Source of the DNA: an uncultured Clostridia bacterium
GTDB taxonomy: Bacteria > Bacillota > Clostridia > Oscillospirales > Acutalibacteraceae
DNA length: 51,376 bases
Assembly: GCA_947176035.1 (NCBI GenBank)
Contig: CAMWPJ010000001.1
Location: forward strand, 1-51,376
Reading direction: 5' to 3'
The position numbers and the translations under genes were made by a program. This document shows positions 18,824-28,383 of this stretch, piece after piece; the first letter of the stretch is position 1, and the number at the start of each line of letters is the position of its first letter. The notes beneath the pieces are model-generated. The model was not told where the DNA came from and ran no database searches. It saw only the letters and a program-made list of their open reading frames with translations.

Positions 18824-20466
18824 TTCGGCACCTCCCATTTGCCTTTCCAAGGCTGTTTTGAGTTATCAGGAAATATAGTATCAATACAATTTGTATTCAT
18901 ATCGATATATACGCCTATTCTTACTCCGCAATATGTTGCAAATCTAACATTTCCTTTATCTGAACTTTTATTTGCTGTATATGTACCAGCAATCATAATA
19001 TCATCAGCAGTCCAATCCTTTGGAAACCATGCTTGACCTTTGGTTCCAATTACTTTGGCTTTGCTTTTATGATTTTCTATTCCGCCAATTCGTACACCAT
19101 TACTATAAGTATGTTCAATAGAATACTGAATTCCTTTTTTCTGTAATAGTTTTAAGTTATCCTCTCCGTGTCCTCCATTTACCATTCTTCCGTTAGGATA
19201 TATTTTCGATTTTTGAGCAAAATCTCCTAAAGAAGAATGCATATATGGGTCAATTAGTTTTGGCTGTTTAGGCGGTGTAGGTTTTGTCATATGTCTGCTT
19301 GCTGTAATTATACCACTATTGTTAAGTTCTTTCAAGGTTTTCTTAACTGTTACCTTGCCTTTAGGAGTCGTGATGGTTTTGAACATTTGACTATCCTTAG
19401 TGACAACACCGCTTTCAACGAGTGCCCATCGGCTTTTTGAACCATAATACTTAATCTGCCCGGCTTTAGTTTTTTGATTAACCCAATCAATACGGACTGT
19501 TTCCTCATTGATATTTGCCTTAGTTTTGTTTTTAGCATTAAGTTTATTTTTCCAATCCTTGTCGATTTCAGCACGAGCCTCAGCCTGCATTTTCTTACGT
19601 TCCTCAACGGAAAACCCTAAGATGTCTTTGTTGGCAATAGGGGATGAAATACATCCGCAGTTAATACTTTCACCTGCAGGAAGAATAGGATCACGTGGAT
19701 ACATAGGATGATATGTTTTTCTGTCAGCGCCTATCAGAGTATATGGTTTGTTTTTAGGCACACGCTGACCGTGCATATCCAAATGGTTTTGACGTGGATT
19801 GTTACTACTGCAATGTTTCCATTCCTTTTCCTCAATAACAGGATTAAGGTCGTAAGCCTCTTGCTGAGCTACGCTGTGAGCTCGTAAAACCTCTGTAACA
19901 GCCGTTCTGCGTGCTTGGTAATATTCTTCTCTTGTTCCGCTATCACGTATATTCTGGATAACCTGAGCAATACCCTTATTATTGTCTATTCCATCAATAA
20001 TAATGTTTTCTAATTCTTCAACAGAATCAAGTTGCATCATCTCACCAAGCTGAGTTCCCCAAGAATCTATCCAATTTGTTGTGCGCTCAGTTAATGAAGG
20101 TATTTCCACGTCAGGATCAACCGTTTTGTAATATATTTTGGTTAACTTCGGAATAAACTCAGATAGTTTTGTAACAAAGGATGCACTAATAGTTTTTCCA
20201 GTAGCATCACCAGCTTTAATCTTTGGCCATTCATTTTTGAAAAAATCATCAATAGAATTGCATTCAGCTATTGCATCAGCAAGCTCAGTAGCCTGCTGCT
20301 TAAGTGTTTGGGATAATTCATCCTCAATCGCTGTTGATAAGTCGATTGTTTCATCAACGTTTTTATATCCCTGCTCTTTTAGTTTTTTCTTTAATTTATC
20401 ATTGACCTTTTTTATGTAATCATCTATGGCCTTGATTAAAGCATTACATTCTAAGCAATACATCAC
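18820..20466 (-). CDS. Minor head protein MuF (SPP1 gp7-like) with C-terminal EndoU-type RNase toxin domain
   Basis: MuF: ARRTAVTEV, KEWKH, PRQNH, YPRDP.LP..ESINCGC; EndoU: H...G, GGHG, NGVR, WFPKDW, TIFP. Confidence 0.88.
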   Translation of the reverse strand: MMYCLECNALIKAIDDYIKKVNDKLKKKLKEQGYKNVDETIDLSTAIEDELSQTLKQQATELADAIAECNSIDDFFKNEWPKIKAGDATGKTISASFVTKLSEFIPKLTKIYYKTVDPDVEIPSLTERTTNWIDSWGTQLGEMMQLDSVEELENIIIDGIDNNKGIAQVIQNIRDSGTREEYYQARRTAVTEVLRAHSVAQQEAYDLNPVIEEKEWKHCSSNNPRQNHLDMHGQRVPKNKPYTLIGADRKTYHPMYPRDPILPAGESINCGCISSPIANKDILGFSVEERKKMQAEARAEIDKDWKNKLNAKNKTKANINEETVRIDWVNQKTKAGQIKYYGSKSRWALVESGVVTKDSQMFKTITTPKGKVTVKKTLKELNNSGIITASRHMTKPTPPKQPKLIDPYMHSSLGDFAQKSKIYPNGRMVNGGHGEDNLKLLQKKGIQYSIEHTYSNGVRIGGIENHKSKAKVIGTKGQAWFPKDWTADDIMIAGTYTANKSSDKGNVRFATYCGVRIGVYIDMNTNCIDTIFPDNSKQPWKGKWEVPN

Positions 20467-22022
20467 ACCACCTCTGACAATGCATTAAGTGCTTTTCTTA
20501 CTTCTTTCAAAACACTTACAATTTCATCATCACCTGCAACTGCTGCTTTCTTAATGGTTGTATCGAGTTGTACTGGTACAGATTGAGAATTATTAGAATT
20601 GTTTTGTGTTTTAGCATAGGCAAGAGGAATATCACCCCATTCGTCTTCATAATCCTCTGAGATTTCACCAAGTTGCTTATAAAGTATTTCTTTTGATTTG
20701 TTAGGTGTAAGTCCTCCTGCTGCACTGCATACAGCAAGTATTTTAGAAAGGTCTTCAATATTGCTTAAATCAGGATCATTAAATACAACCTCAACATATT
20801 TGAAATTATAATCAGCAAGTAATTTGTTGTTAATTTGCCAAGCGAGAGACTTTCTCTCTGGTATAAATACCTGCTGTTCAGTTATTTCAATGGCTGCCTG
20901 CGCTGTTGCTCTGTTGAAATCCTGCGTATAACCTACGTATACGTCAGGCAAACGGAAAGAAGATTGTACTTTTCTACGACCATTATCAATATAGTTTTGA
21001 AACAGTTCATCATTTTGAAGAATTGAGGCGAGGTCTTTTATTTCTACTGTCGGCTTTTGTCCGTTTTCAAAGTTATTATCGGAATCATCCTCAACTTCAA
21101 GTAACAAAAAAGCGTGCTGACCGTTTTCACCCTGTATAGAATTAACATATTCTTGTAACTTGGTATAACTATCATCCGACAAAGTTCCACCGCTAAGAAC
21201 AATAGCGAGAGGAGTATGCCTGCCATTGATGAAATAACGGTAGTTAAGTTCTTCTGCTTTCCTGCTGCCATCCAAATTCAATATCTGGCCGAACCAACGT
21301 GGCATTCCATAATCTCTTGTGCCTATTACAAATTCAAGAATTTCATTCGCTGCAAGTTTACACTTGTTTCCTTCAGACAGATATTCACCAGTCTTAGCGT
21401 CCATCATTCTTGGGTCTCCAATCTCTTTAAAGAAAACAGTTTTACCATTCTTTTCCTGACGATACTTACAAAACTTTTTCTTTCTGCTTTTCTTTTCACC
21501 ATTATAAAAGAATGGTACATCCTGAGCCTCAGATTGTTCAACAGTTTTATTTATAGTTTCTACATCCTTAATCAGTTCGACCTGAACAACATTGCCACTC
21601 ACATCTCGTATAACTTCAAGATATGCGATTCCGAACGTTTCCCTTAGTTCAATGAGGTCCTCAAATACTTCCTTAATATCTTTATCCATATTAAGACATT
21701 CAAGAATTCCCTGAGCATACTCAAATTCCTTTATCATTTCGTCGGTTTCTTTCTCATAATCTTCTTTATACTGAACACTGATACCGAAACCAGCAATATT
21801 TGTTTTATATGCTGTTCGACATTGAGGTACAATAGTGCTTTCATCTGCAAGTGCCCTTAATCCTAACATAGCGAGCGGTGGAGTTATCCATTCAACGTTA
21901 TTGGCAGTATCATCATTAACTGCAAGTGGCATATCCGCTTTAGCAATATTCATAATATTTGTTGCTACTGGGTCAGACATCTTAACGACCTTCACGTCAA
22001 CTTTTGGTTTGGATTCACTCAT
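20463..22022 (-). CDS. Portal protein (PBSX XkdE family)
   Basis: NIAGFG, YG.PRW.G...LDGSRKAE.LNY.YF.NGRHTP, SFRLP..YVG...DFNRATA. Confidence 0.93.
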   Translation of the reverse strand: MSESKPKVDVKVVKMSDPVATNIMNIAKADMPLAVNDDTANNVEWITPPLAMLGLRALADESTIVPQCRTAYKTNIAGFGISVQYKEDYEKETDEMIKEFEYAQGILECLNMDKDIKEVFEDLIELRETFGIAYLEVIRDVSGNVVQVELIKDVETINKTVEQSEAQDVPFFYNGEKKSRKKKFCKYRQEKNGKTVFFKEIGDPRMMDAKTGEYLSEGNKCKLAANEILEFVIGTRDYGMPRWFGQILNLDGSRKAEELNYRYFINGRHTPLAIVLSGGTLSDDSYTKLQEYVNSIQGENGQHAFLLLEVEDDSDNNFENGQKPTVEIKDLASILQNDELFQNYIDNGRRKVQSSFRLPDVYVGYTQDFNRATAQAAIEITEQQVFIPERKSLAWQINNKLLADYNFKYVEVVFNDPDLSNIEDLSKILAVCSAAGGLTPNKSKEILYKQLGEISEDYEDEWGDIPLAYAKTQNNSNNSQSVPVQLDTTIKKAAVAGDDEIVSVLKEVRKALNALSEVV

Positions 22023-23437
22023 TTTCTTTTGTCCTTCTTTCCTTTTTTAGTTTTAACAGGCATACATACAAGTAAGATGCTATCTGCCTCGTCAGGAGAA
22101 TGTCCTATTCGCTCCTTCATTTTATCTTTGCTTTCAACTTTGATTTTGGATTTAGAGGTGAATTCGTATTTTCTCATACTCAGCTGAGCCACTAAATCAG
22201 CGTTATTTGGAAGAATTATATCGACTTCCTTTTCGTTTCCGTTTTCGTCAACAGGGGAAATCAGTTCCTTAACAACATTCATCATAAAAGTAGTAGTATC
22301 AGCAAAATATTTATGCTTTATTGATTTACCAAATAGGATAGGGACAATAAGCATATTCTTAAAGCGTGATGGATCCTCTCGTTGGAGTTCTCTGAGTTTA
22401 TCGGTAACGCCACCGCCAAGACCACCATCATCAACTTTAACAGGCACTTGACCTGAATAATTGTATTTTTCAGTTAATTTCAAAAAGAGCATTGCTGTTT
22501 CTTTTGCAGTTCGCATAAGGTCTTTACCTATGTACGATTTATATATCTCAACCTTTTTATTAACCTTGTAACATATTACGGTTTTATCATCACCGAATCG
22601 TGCGACGTCGCAACCTATATCAATACTTGTTATGTCTTCATCATCAAGCGTATAATCGGTATAGATAGACTTTTCGATTAAAGTAATAGGTATAAATACG
22701 TCATTATCTTCTAATGGAAATAAGCCTTTTACACGGACACGTACAACATTGCTGTCTGGTCCGTATTTTCGCTTTAATGCTTCAATGTTTTCTTTGTTGG
22801 TTCTCGGACTCTTTTCTGCATTGACAGTTTGTGTTGCATACAGGTCACGGTCTACTGTGAAAGCCTCATAAAAAAAGCCCGACGTTTGGGTCGGGTTACC
22901 AAGAATAACAAGTTTATTGTTTACACCTGACAAAGTACCATTGATTGCCTCAATAATCGCATCCATAACACCGGATGCCTCATCAACTACAAATAGTAAG
23001 TTATCTTCGTGAAAGCCTTGCATATTCTCAGCTTTGTTTGACGTTCTCGCAACAGCAAACCAACGCTTTTCCATTCCTTTTACATATATGTAAGTTTTAG
23101 TCCACTTCAATATCTCTGATAAAATAGGACTTTGAGATTGCCACTTTGACAACTCACTCCATAACACGTCGTGCAGCTGATGCCCTGTTGGGGCTGTGGC
23201 TACAACTCTTGCAAAAGGAAAGCAAGATAAAAACCAAAGAATAACTATAGCAGTAGCAGCAGTTTTTCCAACACCTTGTCCTGACTTTACAGCTGTACGT
23301 GGACTCTTAACTACATTGGCGAAAAATTCAATCTGCCATTCGTCAGCATCAAAATCAAACATATCAATAGCAAACTGATTTATGTCTTTCTGATATATAT
23401 TGATTCGGCTTTGAAAAAATCTTACACTATCACTCAT
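22019..23437 (-). CDS. terL: Terminase large subunit
   Basis: Walker A SGQGVGKT, Walker B VVDEASG, GNPT, nuclease IGCDVARFGDD and SPDEAD. Confidence 0.96.
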   Translation of the reverse strand: MSDSVRFFQSRINIYQKDINQFAIDMFDFDADEWQIEFFANVVKSPRTAVKSGQGVGKTAATAIVILWFLSCFPFARVVATAPTGHQLHDVLWSELSKWQSQSPILSEILKWTKTYIYVKGMEKRWFAVARTSNKAENMQGFHEDNLLFVVDEASGVMDAIIEAINGTLSGVNNKLVILGNPTQTSGFFYEAFTVDRDLYATQTVNAEKSPRTNKENIEALKRKYGPDSNVVRVRVKGLFPLEDNDVFIPITLIEKSIYTDYTLDDEDITSIDIGCDVARFGDDKTVICYKVNKKVEIYKSYIGKDLMRTAKETAMLFLKLTEKYNYSGQVPVKVDDGGLGGGVTDKLRELQREDPSRFKNMLIVPILFGKSIKHKYFADTTTFMMNVVKELISPVDENGNEKEVDIILPNNADLVAQLSMRKYEFTSKSKIKVESKDKMKERIGHSPDEADSILLVCMPVKTKKGKKDKRK

Positions 23438-24185
23438 TTTTTTCTGCCTCCATTACTGCGGCAATCCAATCATCAATTAACTGTTTTGTATCATCTTTAT
23501 CATTATTACGTAGCAATTTCATTTTTTCTTGTTCGTGATGAATACGAAAAAGCGAGTCAAGACATTTGGTCTTAGCTCGCTGTACTTTTGTTAATTCTGC
23601 ATACAAACGCATTAACCTATTATCAGTATGTTCAAAATTCTGAATTTGCTCTTTTTCAGTGGAATATTTACGTTGAGTAACCCTAATATTCATTGTATCG
23701 AATATTTTTTCTGTACTTTTTGTATTGCCATTTTCATCGATAATTAATGTACTATTTTTTACTTTTTGAATAGCAAGCAAAAGACGACGTTCATTAACAG
23801 TATAAAGTTTTATTTGATCCAGCAATAAATCTTCTTCACTTTGAGGCATACTTTCAATCATTGCTTTTTCGTCATCGTCAAGAGTATCAAAATAAGCTGC
23901 GGAATATCCACCGTGCTTGAAAGCATTTTTATTTCCAGGAGGAGCGCCACATTTCTTTTTGCTTTGCCCCTCTTTTGATGTTCCGGTTTCTTTCGGAGCG
24001 CCCTCTTTTCTTTTTGGGAGCGTTCCTTTTACTTTTTGTTCCCATTTATCAGTACATTTCCATTTACGGATTGTACTTTCAGTTTCACCAAGCTGGGCGG
24101 CAATATCTTTTAATTTAATTTTATATTTAGAAGCAACCCAAAGTTCATATGCTTTATCCCTATTTGGATTTCTTGCTCTTGGCAC
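23430..24185 (-). CDS. terS: Terminase small subunit
   Basis: MPRARNPNRDKA, HTH LKDIAAQLG....IRKWK..DKW, GAPPGNKNAFKHG. Confidence 0.92.
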   Translation of the reverse strand: MPRARNPNRDKAYELWVASKYKIKLKDIAAQLGETESTIRKWKCTDKWEQKVKGTLPKRKEGAPKETGTSKEGQSKKKCGAPPGNKNAFKHGGYSAAYFDTLDDDEKAMIESMPQSEEDLLLDQIKLYTVNERRLLLAIQKVKNSTLIIDENGNTKSTEKIFDTMNIRVTQRKYSTEKEQIQNFEHTDNRLMRLYAELTKVQRAKTKCLDSLFRIHHEQEKMKLLRNNDKDDTKQLIDDWIAAVMEAEKNE

Positions 24186-24228
24186 TCTGCCGCCCTCCTT
24201 TTTATGTATTTAATATTGTTTTGTATTT

Positions 24229-24891
24229 TTATGAGCAGTTTGTAAACTGTTCTTCTTTAGCTGATACTTTTTTAACTATTAATGTTGTTAAAGGTAAGAT
24301 AATAACCTCATAACCTGTTTTGATGAACACTTGAGTAGTTGTCATAATGATAAGTGTCTTAAATGGCATTTGACCGAAAAAAGCAATAGGCAAAAAAATA
24401 AGACTATCCACAAGCTCACCAACGAAGCTTGAAAGAATAGCCCTTGTACCAAATCTTTTATGACTGTCAATGTATTTACTTTTCATTTTCTTAAACACCT
24501 TATCGTTAGCAAAATCGCCTACAACAAACGCAAGCAGTGAAGCAAATAAAATTCTTGGAGTGTTCCCTAAAACCGTTTCAAACGCTCCTTGTGCGGTCCA
24601 ATAGGACGGTGAGGGACTTTTTATTGCCAATGTAAACATCATAACCATTAACAGATTCATAGCGAATGCAAGGTAGCAAGTAATTCTGCTCCATCTGTAT
24701 CCATAGACTTCTGAAAAAAGGTCAGACAAGATATACGTCACAGGGAATATGTAAATTGCTCCAGTCATTGTTATATTGAATGGAAATAAAATCTGCTTTG
24801 AGGTTATTACATTGCTGATTAAAAAACTTGCAACAAACAGTACCGTTAAGAACAGCTGTAGTTCACTTACTTTTTTCTTACTGCTTTTCAT
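24229..24891 (-). CDS. yhhQ: Queuosine-precursor (preQ0/preQ1) transporter, YhhQ/VUT family
   Basis: Multi-TM protein; SNVITSK, FPVTYILSDLFSEVYG, PRILFASLLAF, RAILSSFVGELVDSLIF. Confidence 0.9.
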   Translation of the reverse strand: MKSSKKKVSELQLFLTVLFVASFLISNVITSKQILFPFNITMTGAIYIFPVTYILSDLFSEVYGYRWSRITCYLAFAMNLLMVMMFTLAIKSPSPSYWTAQGAFETVLGNTPRILFASLLAFVVGDFANDKVFKKMKSKYIDSHKRFGTRAILSSFVGELVDSLIFLPIAFFGQMPFKTLIIMTTTQVFIKTGYEVIILPLTTLIVKKVSAKEEQFTNCS

Positions 24892-25210
24892 TCGGCGTGC
24901 CTCCTTTTGTTACGATTACCTCGCTGTGTGTAGCATCATCAACCTTAATTTCCACAGTTAATGACTTGGGCGCATACTCAGTTGATATGTGACTGTATAG
25001 AGCGTCGATAACATTCTCAATAATCATTTCCTTTTGACTTATCTGCTCAGCAACAAATTTGTCTAAGTCGATATAATCAGGAATTGTTTTATCAGGAACA
25101 ATTTGTACTTGAATATTGCTTGTATACCAATCTTTGCCGATAGGGCAGTAATTTTTTGTTTTTGTTTTGTATATTATCTGGGTTATACCTTGTGTGTTTT
25201 CGATAATCAT
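24878..25210 (-). CDS. QueF-like T-fold protein
   Basis: 110 aa; CP.G catalytic-Cys motif, I...PD, later conserved E, P..LTV; canonical QueF NADPH motif not recognisable; context. Confidence 0.7.
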   Translation of the reverse strand: MIIENTQGITQIIYKTKTKNYCPIGKDWYTSNIQVQIVPDKTIPDYIDLDKFVAEQISQKEMIIENVIDALYSHISTEYAPKSLTVEIKVDDATHSEVIVTKGGTPNEKQ

Positions 25211-25228
25211 TATTACTTTTCCTCCGTT

Positions 25229-25975
25229 TTATAAATATTTATCTGCGTAATCTTGGAATTTTAGCCACTCAACAAGATTGTGCAATTCCATTTCTGAAAG
25301 GTATTCGCCTGATTTTAGCCTCTTACCTTTCGGTGGCTTGACCTGTTTTAAGGTGTTGTTTCGGAACAAATAAACTGTTCCAAACCTGCTGCCGCTTCTC
25401 CATGATGTGCTATCAACGGAATAGAAATGTAATATACGAATATATTTAAGATTTGTAAAACCTAATCCGTGTACTTTGCAATTATTCTTTTTTGCGATAT
25501 TGAGCAATTCTGTTATGTATTTATAATCTCGCTCTTTAATATCTTTAATTGCAAAACCGCCTATTGCAACATAATCATATTGTTTTGTTAATTCAATCCA
25601 ATTGTTTAACCCTCTTGATTTATGCCATACAGGAATGCATTGCTTGCCTGTTTCTCGTTCAAGTTTACTGCGCATTTCAACGACTTTTGGATAACCGACA
25701 ATCGCATCCACATCCAATTCAAAGAAATACTTAATATCGTTTTTGTTTATAAATTTTATGTATTTTGTAAGGTAACTATCAAAATCAACAGTGCCCTTAC
25801 AACTATTCATAAAAGTAAATGCCCCACTATCAAGCAGAAATAGGTCACTATTGAAAAGAGCTGATTGCCATTTATCAATATAGAAAAAACTAACCAAAGA
25901 ATATGGGCAATTTTCAACAAAAAAAGAACGATTAGACTTTGTTAATGATTCAGAAGCAGCTAAGCACACTCTCAT
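25229..25975 (-). CDS. DpdA-like guanine transglycosylase (TGT fold)
   Basis: FLLDSGAF, FELD, IPVWH, VAIGG, VHGLG and SVDSTSW match the order of TGT barrel motifs. Confidence 0.8.
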   Translation of the reverse strand: MRVCLAASESLTKSNRSFFVENCPYSLVSFFYIDKWQSALFNSDLFLLDSGAFTFMNSCKGTVDFDSYLTKYIKFINKNDIKYFFELDVDAIVGYPKVVEMRSKLERETGKQCIPVWHKSRGLNNWIELTKQYDYVAIGGFAIKDIKERDYKYITELLNIAKKNNCKVHGLGFTNLKYIRILHFYSVDSTSWRSGSRFGTVYLFRNNTLKQVKPPKGKRLKSGEYLSEMELHNLVEWLKFQDYADKYL

Positions 25976-26439
25976 ATTTCAATCACCTCTCCGCAGTGAG
26001 GACAAACAATTGTATCTTTGCTTTTTTCATTACTGATTGTATCATTCTCAACAAAGAAATCATCAATGTTGATTTTTTGGTTCTCGATAAAGCCAAAATC
26101 TGTCATATCAATACCAATTTCATCAAGTTCAAAGCTCAACATATCATAGTCCCAGCTCGCAAATTCAGCGGTTTTGTTGTCAACCAATCTGAACGCCCTG
26201 ATTTGCTCTTCTGTAAGGTCATTCGCCATTATACAAGGAATTTGAGCCATTTCAAGCTGTTTCGCAGCAAGGTATCTTGTATGTCCGCATACAATTACAT
26301 TATTTTTATCAATAATTATTGGCACCTTAAAGCCGAATTCAGAAATGCTGTTAGCAACCTTTTCAATAGCCCTTTCGTTGTTTCGTGGGTTGTTTTCGTA
26401 TGGAATTAAATCGTCAATACTGACATTAACAATTTCCAT
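25972..26439 (-). CDS. ParB/Srx-like N-terminal domain protein with C-terminal CPHCG Zn knuckle
   Basis: LIPYENNPR.N, SI.EFGFKVPI, GHTR, AFRLVDNK..E...WD. Confidence 0.9.
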   Translation of the reverse strand: MEIVNVSIDDLIPYENNPRNNERAIEKVANSISEFGFKVPIIIDKNNVIVCGHTRYLAAKQLEMAQIPCIMANDLTEEQIRAFRLVDNKTAEFASWDYDMLSFELDEIGIDMTDFGFIENQKINIDDFFVENDTISNEKSKDTIVCPHCGEVIEI

Positions 26440-26522
26440 TGTATGTACTCTCCTTTATGTGTTTATTACACATTGCGGAAGAAGCTTGTCACAATGTAAG
26501 ATTATATTTCTCCTTTCTTTGC

Positions 26523-26558
26523 AAAATAAAAGCACCCAACCTATAAAAGCTGGGTGCT
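26523..26558 (-). terminator. Terminator-like hairpin just downstream of the late promoter
   Basis: AGCACCCAGC-ttttatag-GTTGGGTGCT followed by TTTATTTT. Confidence 0.72.
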
Positions 26559-26588
26559 CTGTTTCTGGCTATAAGATTTTACTTTACT

Positions 26589-26633
26589 ATCATACAACAT
26601 TTGCAGTGCAATGTAAATGAAATGTTTGTGCAA
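26589..26633 (-). promoter_or_regulatory. Putative late promoter with TTGCAC direct repeats (candidate activator sites)
   Basis: TTTACA(26617-26612)-17 bp-TATGAT(26594-26589); TTGCAC twice, 22 bp apart; immediately after the activator gene. Confidence 0.65.
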
Positions 26634-26650
26634 TCGTTATAGACGAACGT

Positions 26651-27214
26651 CTATTTATCGAGTAATACATAGTCAATTCCAAATATAAGCTTTGCCATTC
26701 TCGAAACAGCTATATCAATATCATAATAAACTGTACGTCTTTCGATATTGTATTTTTTTGCTATTTTGTTAATTGAAAGAGGAACATCAGCAATGTACCT
26801 GTCAAAAAGAATATTATACTTTCTCATATCCATTTCGTTATTAGAACTCAATTTTTCTAAAGTCTTAAGCATTCCATCAATATGCGCAACCATTATTGTT
26901 GTTTTGACAGCGCTTATCTTTATGCTTTCAACTTCTAAATCACTTCTATTGTAAGGATCCCACATTAAATCCAAAAAATCAATAGAATTCTCAGCCTGCT
27001 CAACACTATATTTTGCATTCTCCGAACATTGCTTAAAATCACGGTAATTTTCAAGCAGCATTTTTATGTTATGCAGACGTTTATCATTGATTTTCGATAA
27101 TTCCTTTTGCTGTTCTTTTTTGTATTTTTCTAATGCCGCTTTGGCACCTTCTGCAGCAGCAAGTTTAATAATTTCTGACGGTTCGAGGGCTTTTTCATTG
27201 ATTCCTTCGTTCAT
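26651..27214 (-). CDS. Late transcriptional activator (RinA/ArpU-type, sigma70 region-4-like HTH)
   Basis: KRLHN.K.LL.NYR N-terminus; C-terminal HTH IAKKYNIERRTVYYDI...LIFGID; last early gene. Confidence 0.75.
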   Translation of the reverse strand: MNEGINEKALEPSEIIKLAAAEGAKAALEKYKKEQQKELSKINDKRLHNIKMLLENYRDFKQCSENAKYSVEQAENSIDFLDLMWDPYNRSDLEVESIKISAVKTTIMVAHIDGMLKTLEKLSSNNEMDMRKYNILFDRYIADVPLSINKIAKKYNIERRTVYYDIDIAVSRMAKLIFGIDYVLLDK

Positions 27215-27237
27215 TGCTAAAGCCTCCCTATGATTAC

Positions 27238-27945
27238 TTATTTATTTGAAATTTGCTCATTAAGTTTATCTTTTGCTTTTTCGCCATCAGCAAATATGTT
27301 ATTACCAAATTCAGAAAAACAACGACGAACGGTAGTGTTCATTCCGTGTAATTCAATATCAGCAAAAAGCAGTTCCATATCTCGTTTAGGACTTAGTACC
27401 TGTTCGTAACGAATAACGGTGCCTTGATACATCTTGCAGTTTTCAACAATGTAAACCATTGTGCCAAGTGCGCAGGGTCGGCGCAGTAATTTTCCATTGT
27501 TAATCATTTCCGCTGTATTTTCTATAATATTTTTTTGGTTTATCAATTCAGCAGATTGTTTTTTCAATATATCCGGGTCAATATGCAAATCAAGGCAAGT
27601 TTTAACGATATAGTTTTCGGTTGATTCACTTACTGCATTTTGAATTTTCATTGCTGTTTCTGTTACAACAGGCAACAAATCATTTGACATTGCATACTTA
27701 TCCAAATCCGATATAAGCCAATCAGGCTTTTTCAAAATTTCAGATCCACCAATTACTATTTTATCTGCAGGGTACCACTCCAAATAATAAATTGGTGTAC
27801 CATCAGAAAGAATCAACATCTGTTTATCGGTTAAGGATAATTCTTTTTGCAATTCTTTATATGCGCTAATTCCACAAGCAACAACAATTGATGTTTTTGT
27901 AGTTGCTTTAATCAGCCCTATGGATTTCTTCAAGTTTTCAACCAT
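27238..27945 (-). CDS. Hypothetical phage protein (mosaic)
   Basis: 235 aa; PC.LG.MVY...FG.NIF C-terminal module similar in style to 32637..33026. Confidence 0.6.
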   Translation of the reverse strand: MVENLKKSIGLIKATTKTSIVVACGISAYKELQKELSLTDKQMLILSDGTPIYYLEWYPADKIVIGGSEILKKPDWLISDLDKYAMSNDLLPVVTETAMKIQNAVSESTENYIVKTCLDLHIDPDILKKQSAELINQKNIIENTAEMINNGKLLRRPCALGTMVYIVENCKMYQGTVIRYEQVLSPKRDMELLFADIELHGMNTTVRRCFSEFGNNIFADGEKAKDKLNEQISNK

Positions 27946-27948
27946 TAG

Positions 27949-28380
27949 TTACACCTCCCAACCATCTGCACTTGGTAATGCAATCTGACCTGAACTGAAA
28001 CATTCATATAATGTCTTATTATTACTGCCAATCAAATACGGCAGGAATATTTCATCCATTGTGGCATTACCACATTCAATGAAAGCCATCTGGGCCGTTA
28101 TCCAATCTTTAACATTGCGCCAAGCTGTTCGTGCTGCCTGCTCTTTATCCGTCTTTAATCGTTGCTTTTTAAAAACTAATAATACACCTTCGATATTTGC
28201 TTTCAGCTGGAAAGCGGTCATTGCTCCTTGAACCTCAAGTCCGAATGTAATGCCGACAGCATTGCCGCTGTTATCATAATCAATCATTACCTTACGAGCG
28301 CCATGTTCAGCCAATGTGCCTTGAATCTCGCCCAACGTTTGGAATGTTGATACCTTTGTTGTGTAATTTTTAATCGCCAT
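27949..28380 (-). CDS. Conserved phage hypothetical protein
   Basis: IKNYTT, IQ..LA.HGA, QA.RTAWR..KDW, FLPY. Confidence 0.7.
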   Translation of the reverse strand: MAIKNYTTKVSTFQTLGEIQGTLAEHGARKVMIDYDNSGNAVGITFGLEVQGAMTAFQLKANIEGVLLVFKKQRLKTDKEQAARTAWRNVKDWITAQMAFIECGNATMDEIFLPYLIGSNNKTLYECFSSGQIALPSADGWEV

Positions 28381-28383
28381 AAT

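Noticed and set aside
1798-22022. Defective PBSX-like particle or tailocin
   Set aside because: Complete packaging, head, replication, recombination and immunity modules are present, consistent with a full temperate phage; viability cannot be proven from this window.
26440-26590. preQ1 riboswitch upstream of the dpdA/queF/yhhQ cassette
   Set aside because: No preQ1-I pattern (short stem with GGUUC-type loop followed by an A-rich tail) recognised on the minus strand; the hairpin looks like an ordinary intrinsic terminator. An Rfam scan would settle it.
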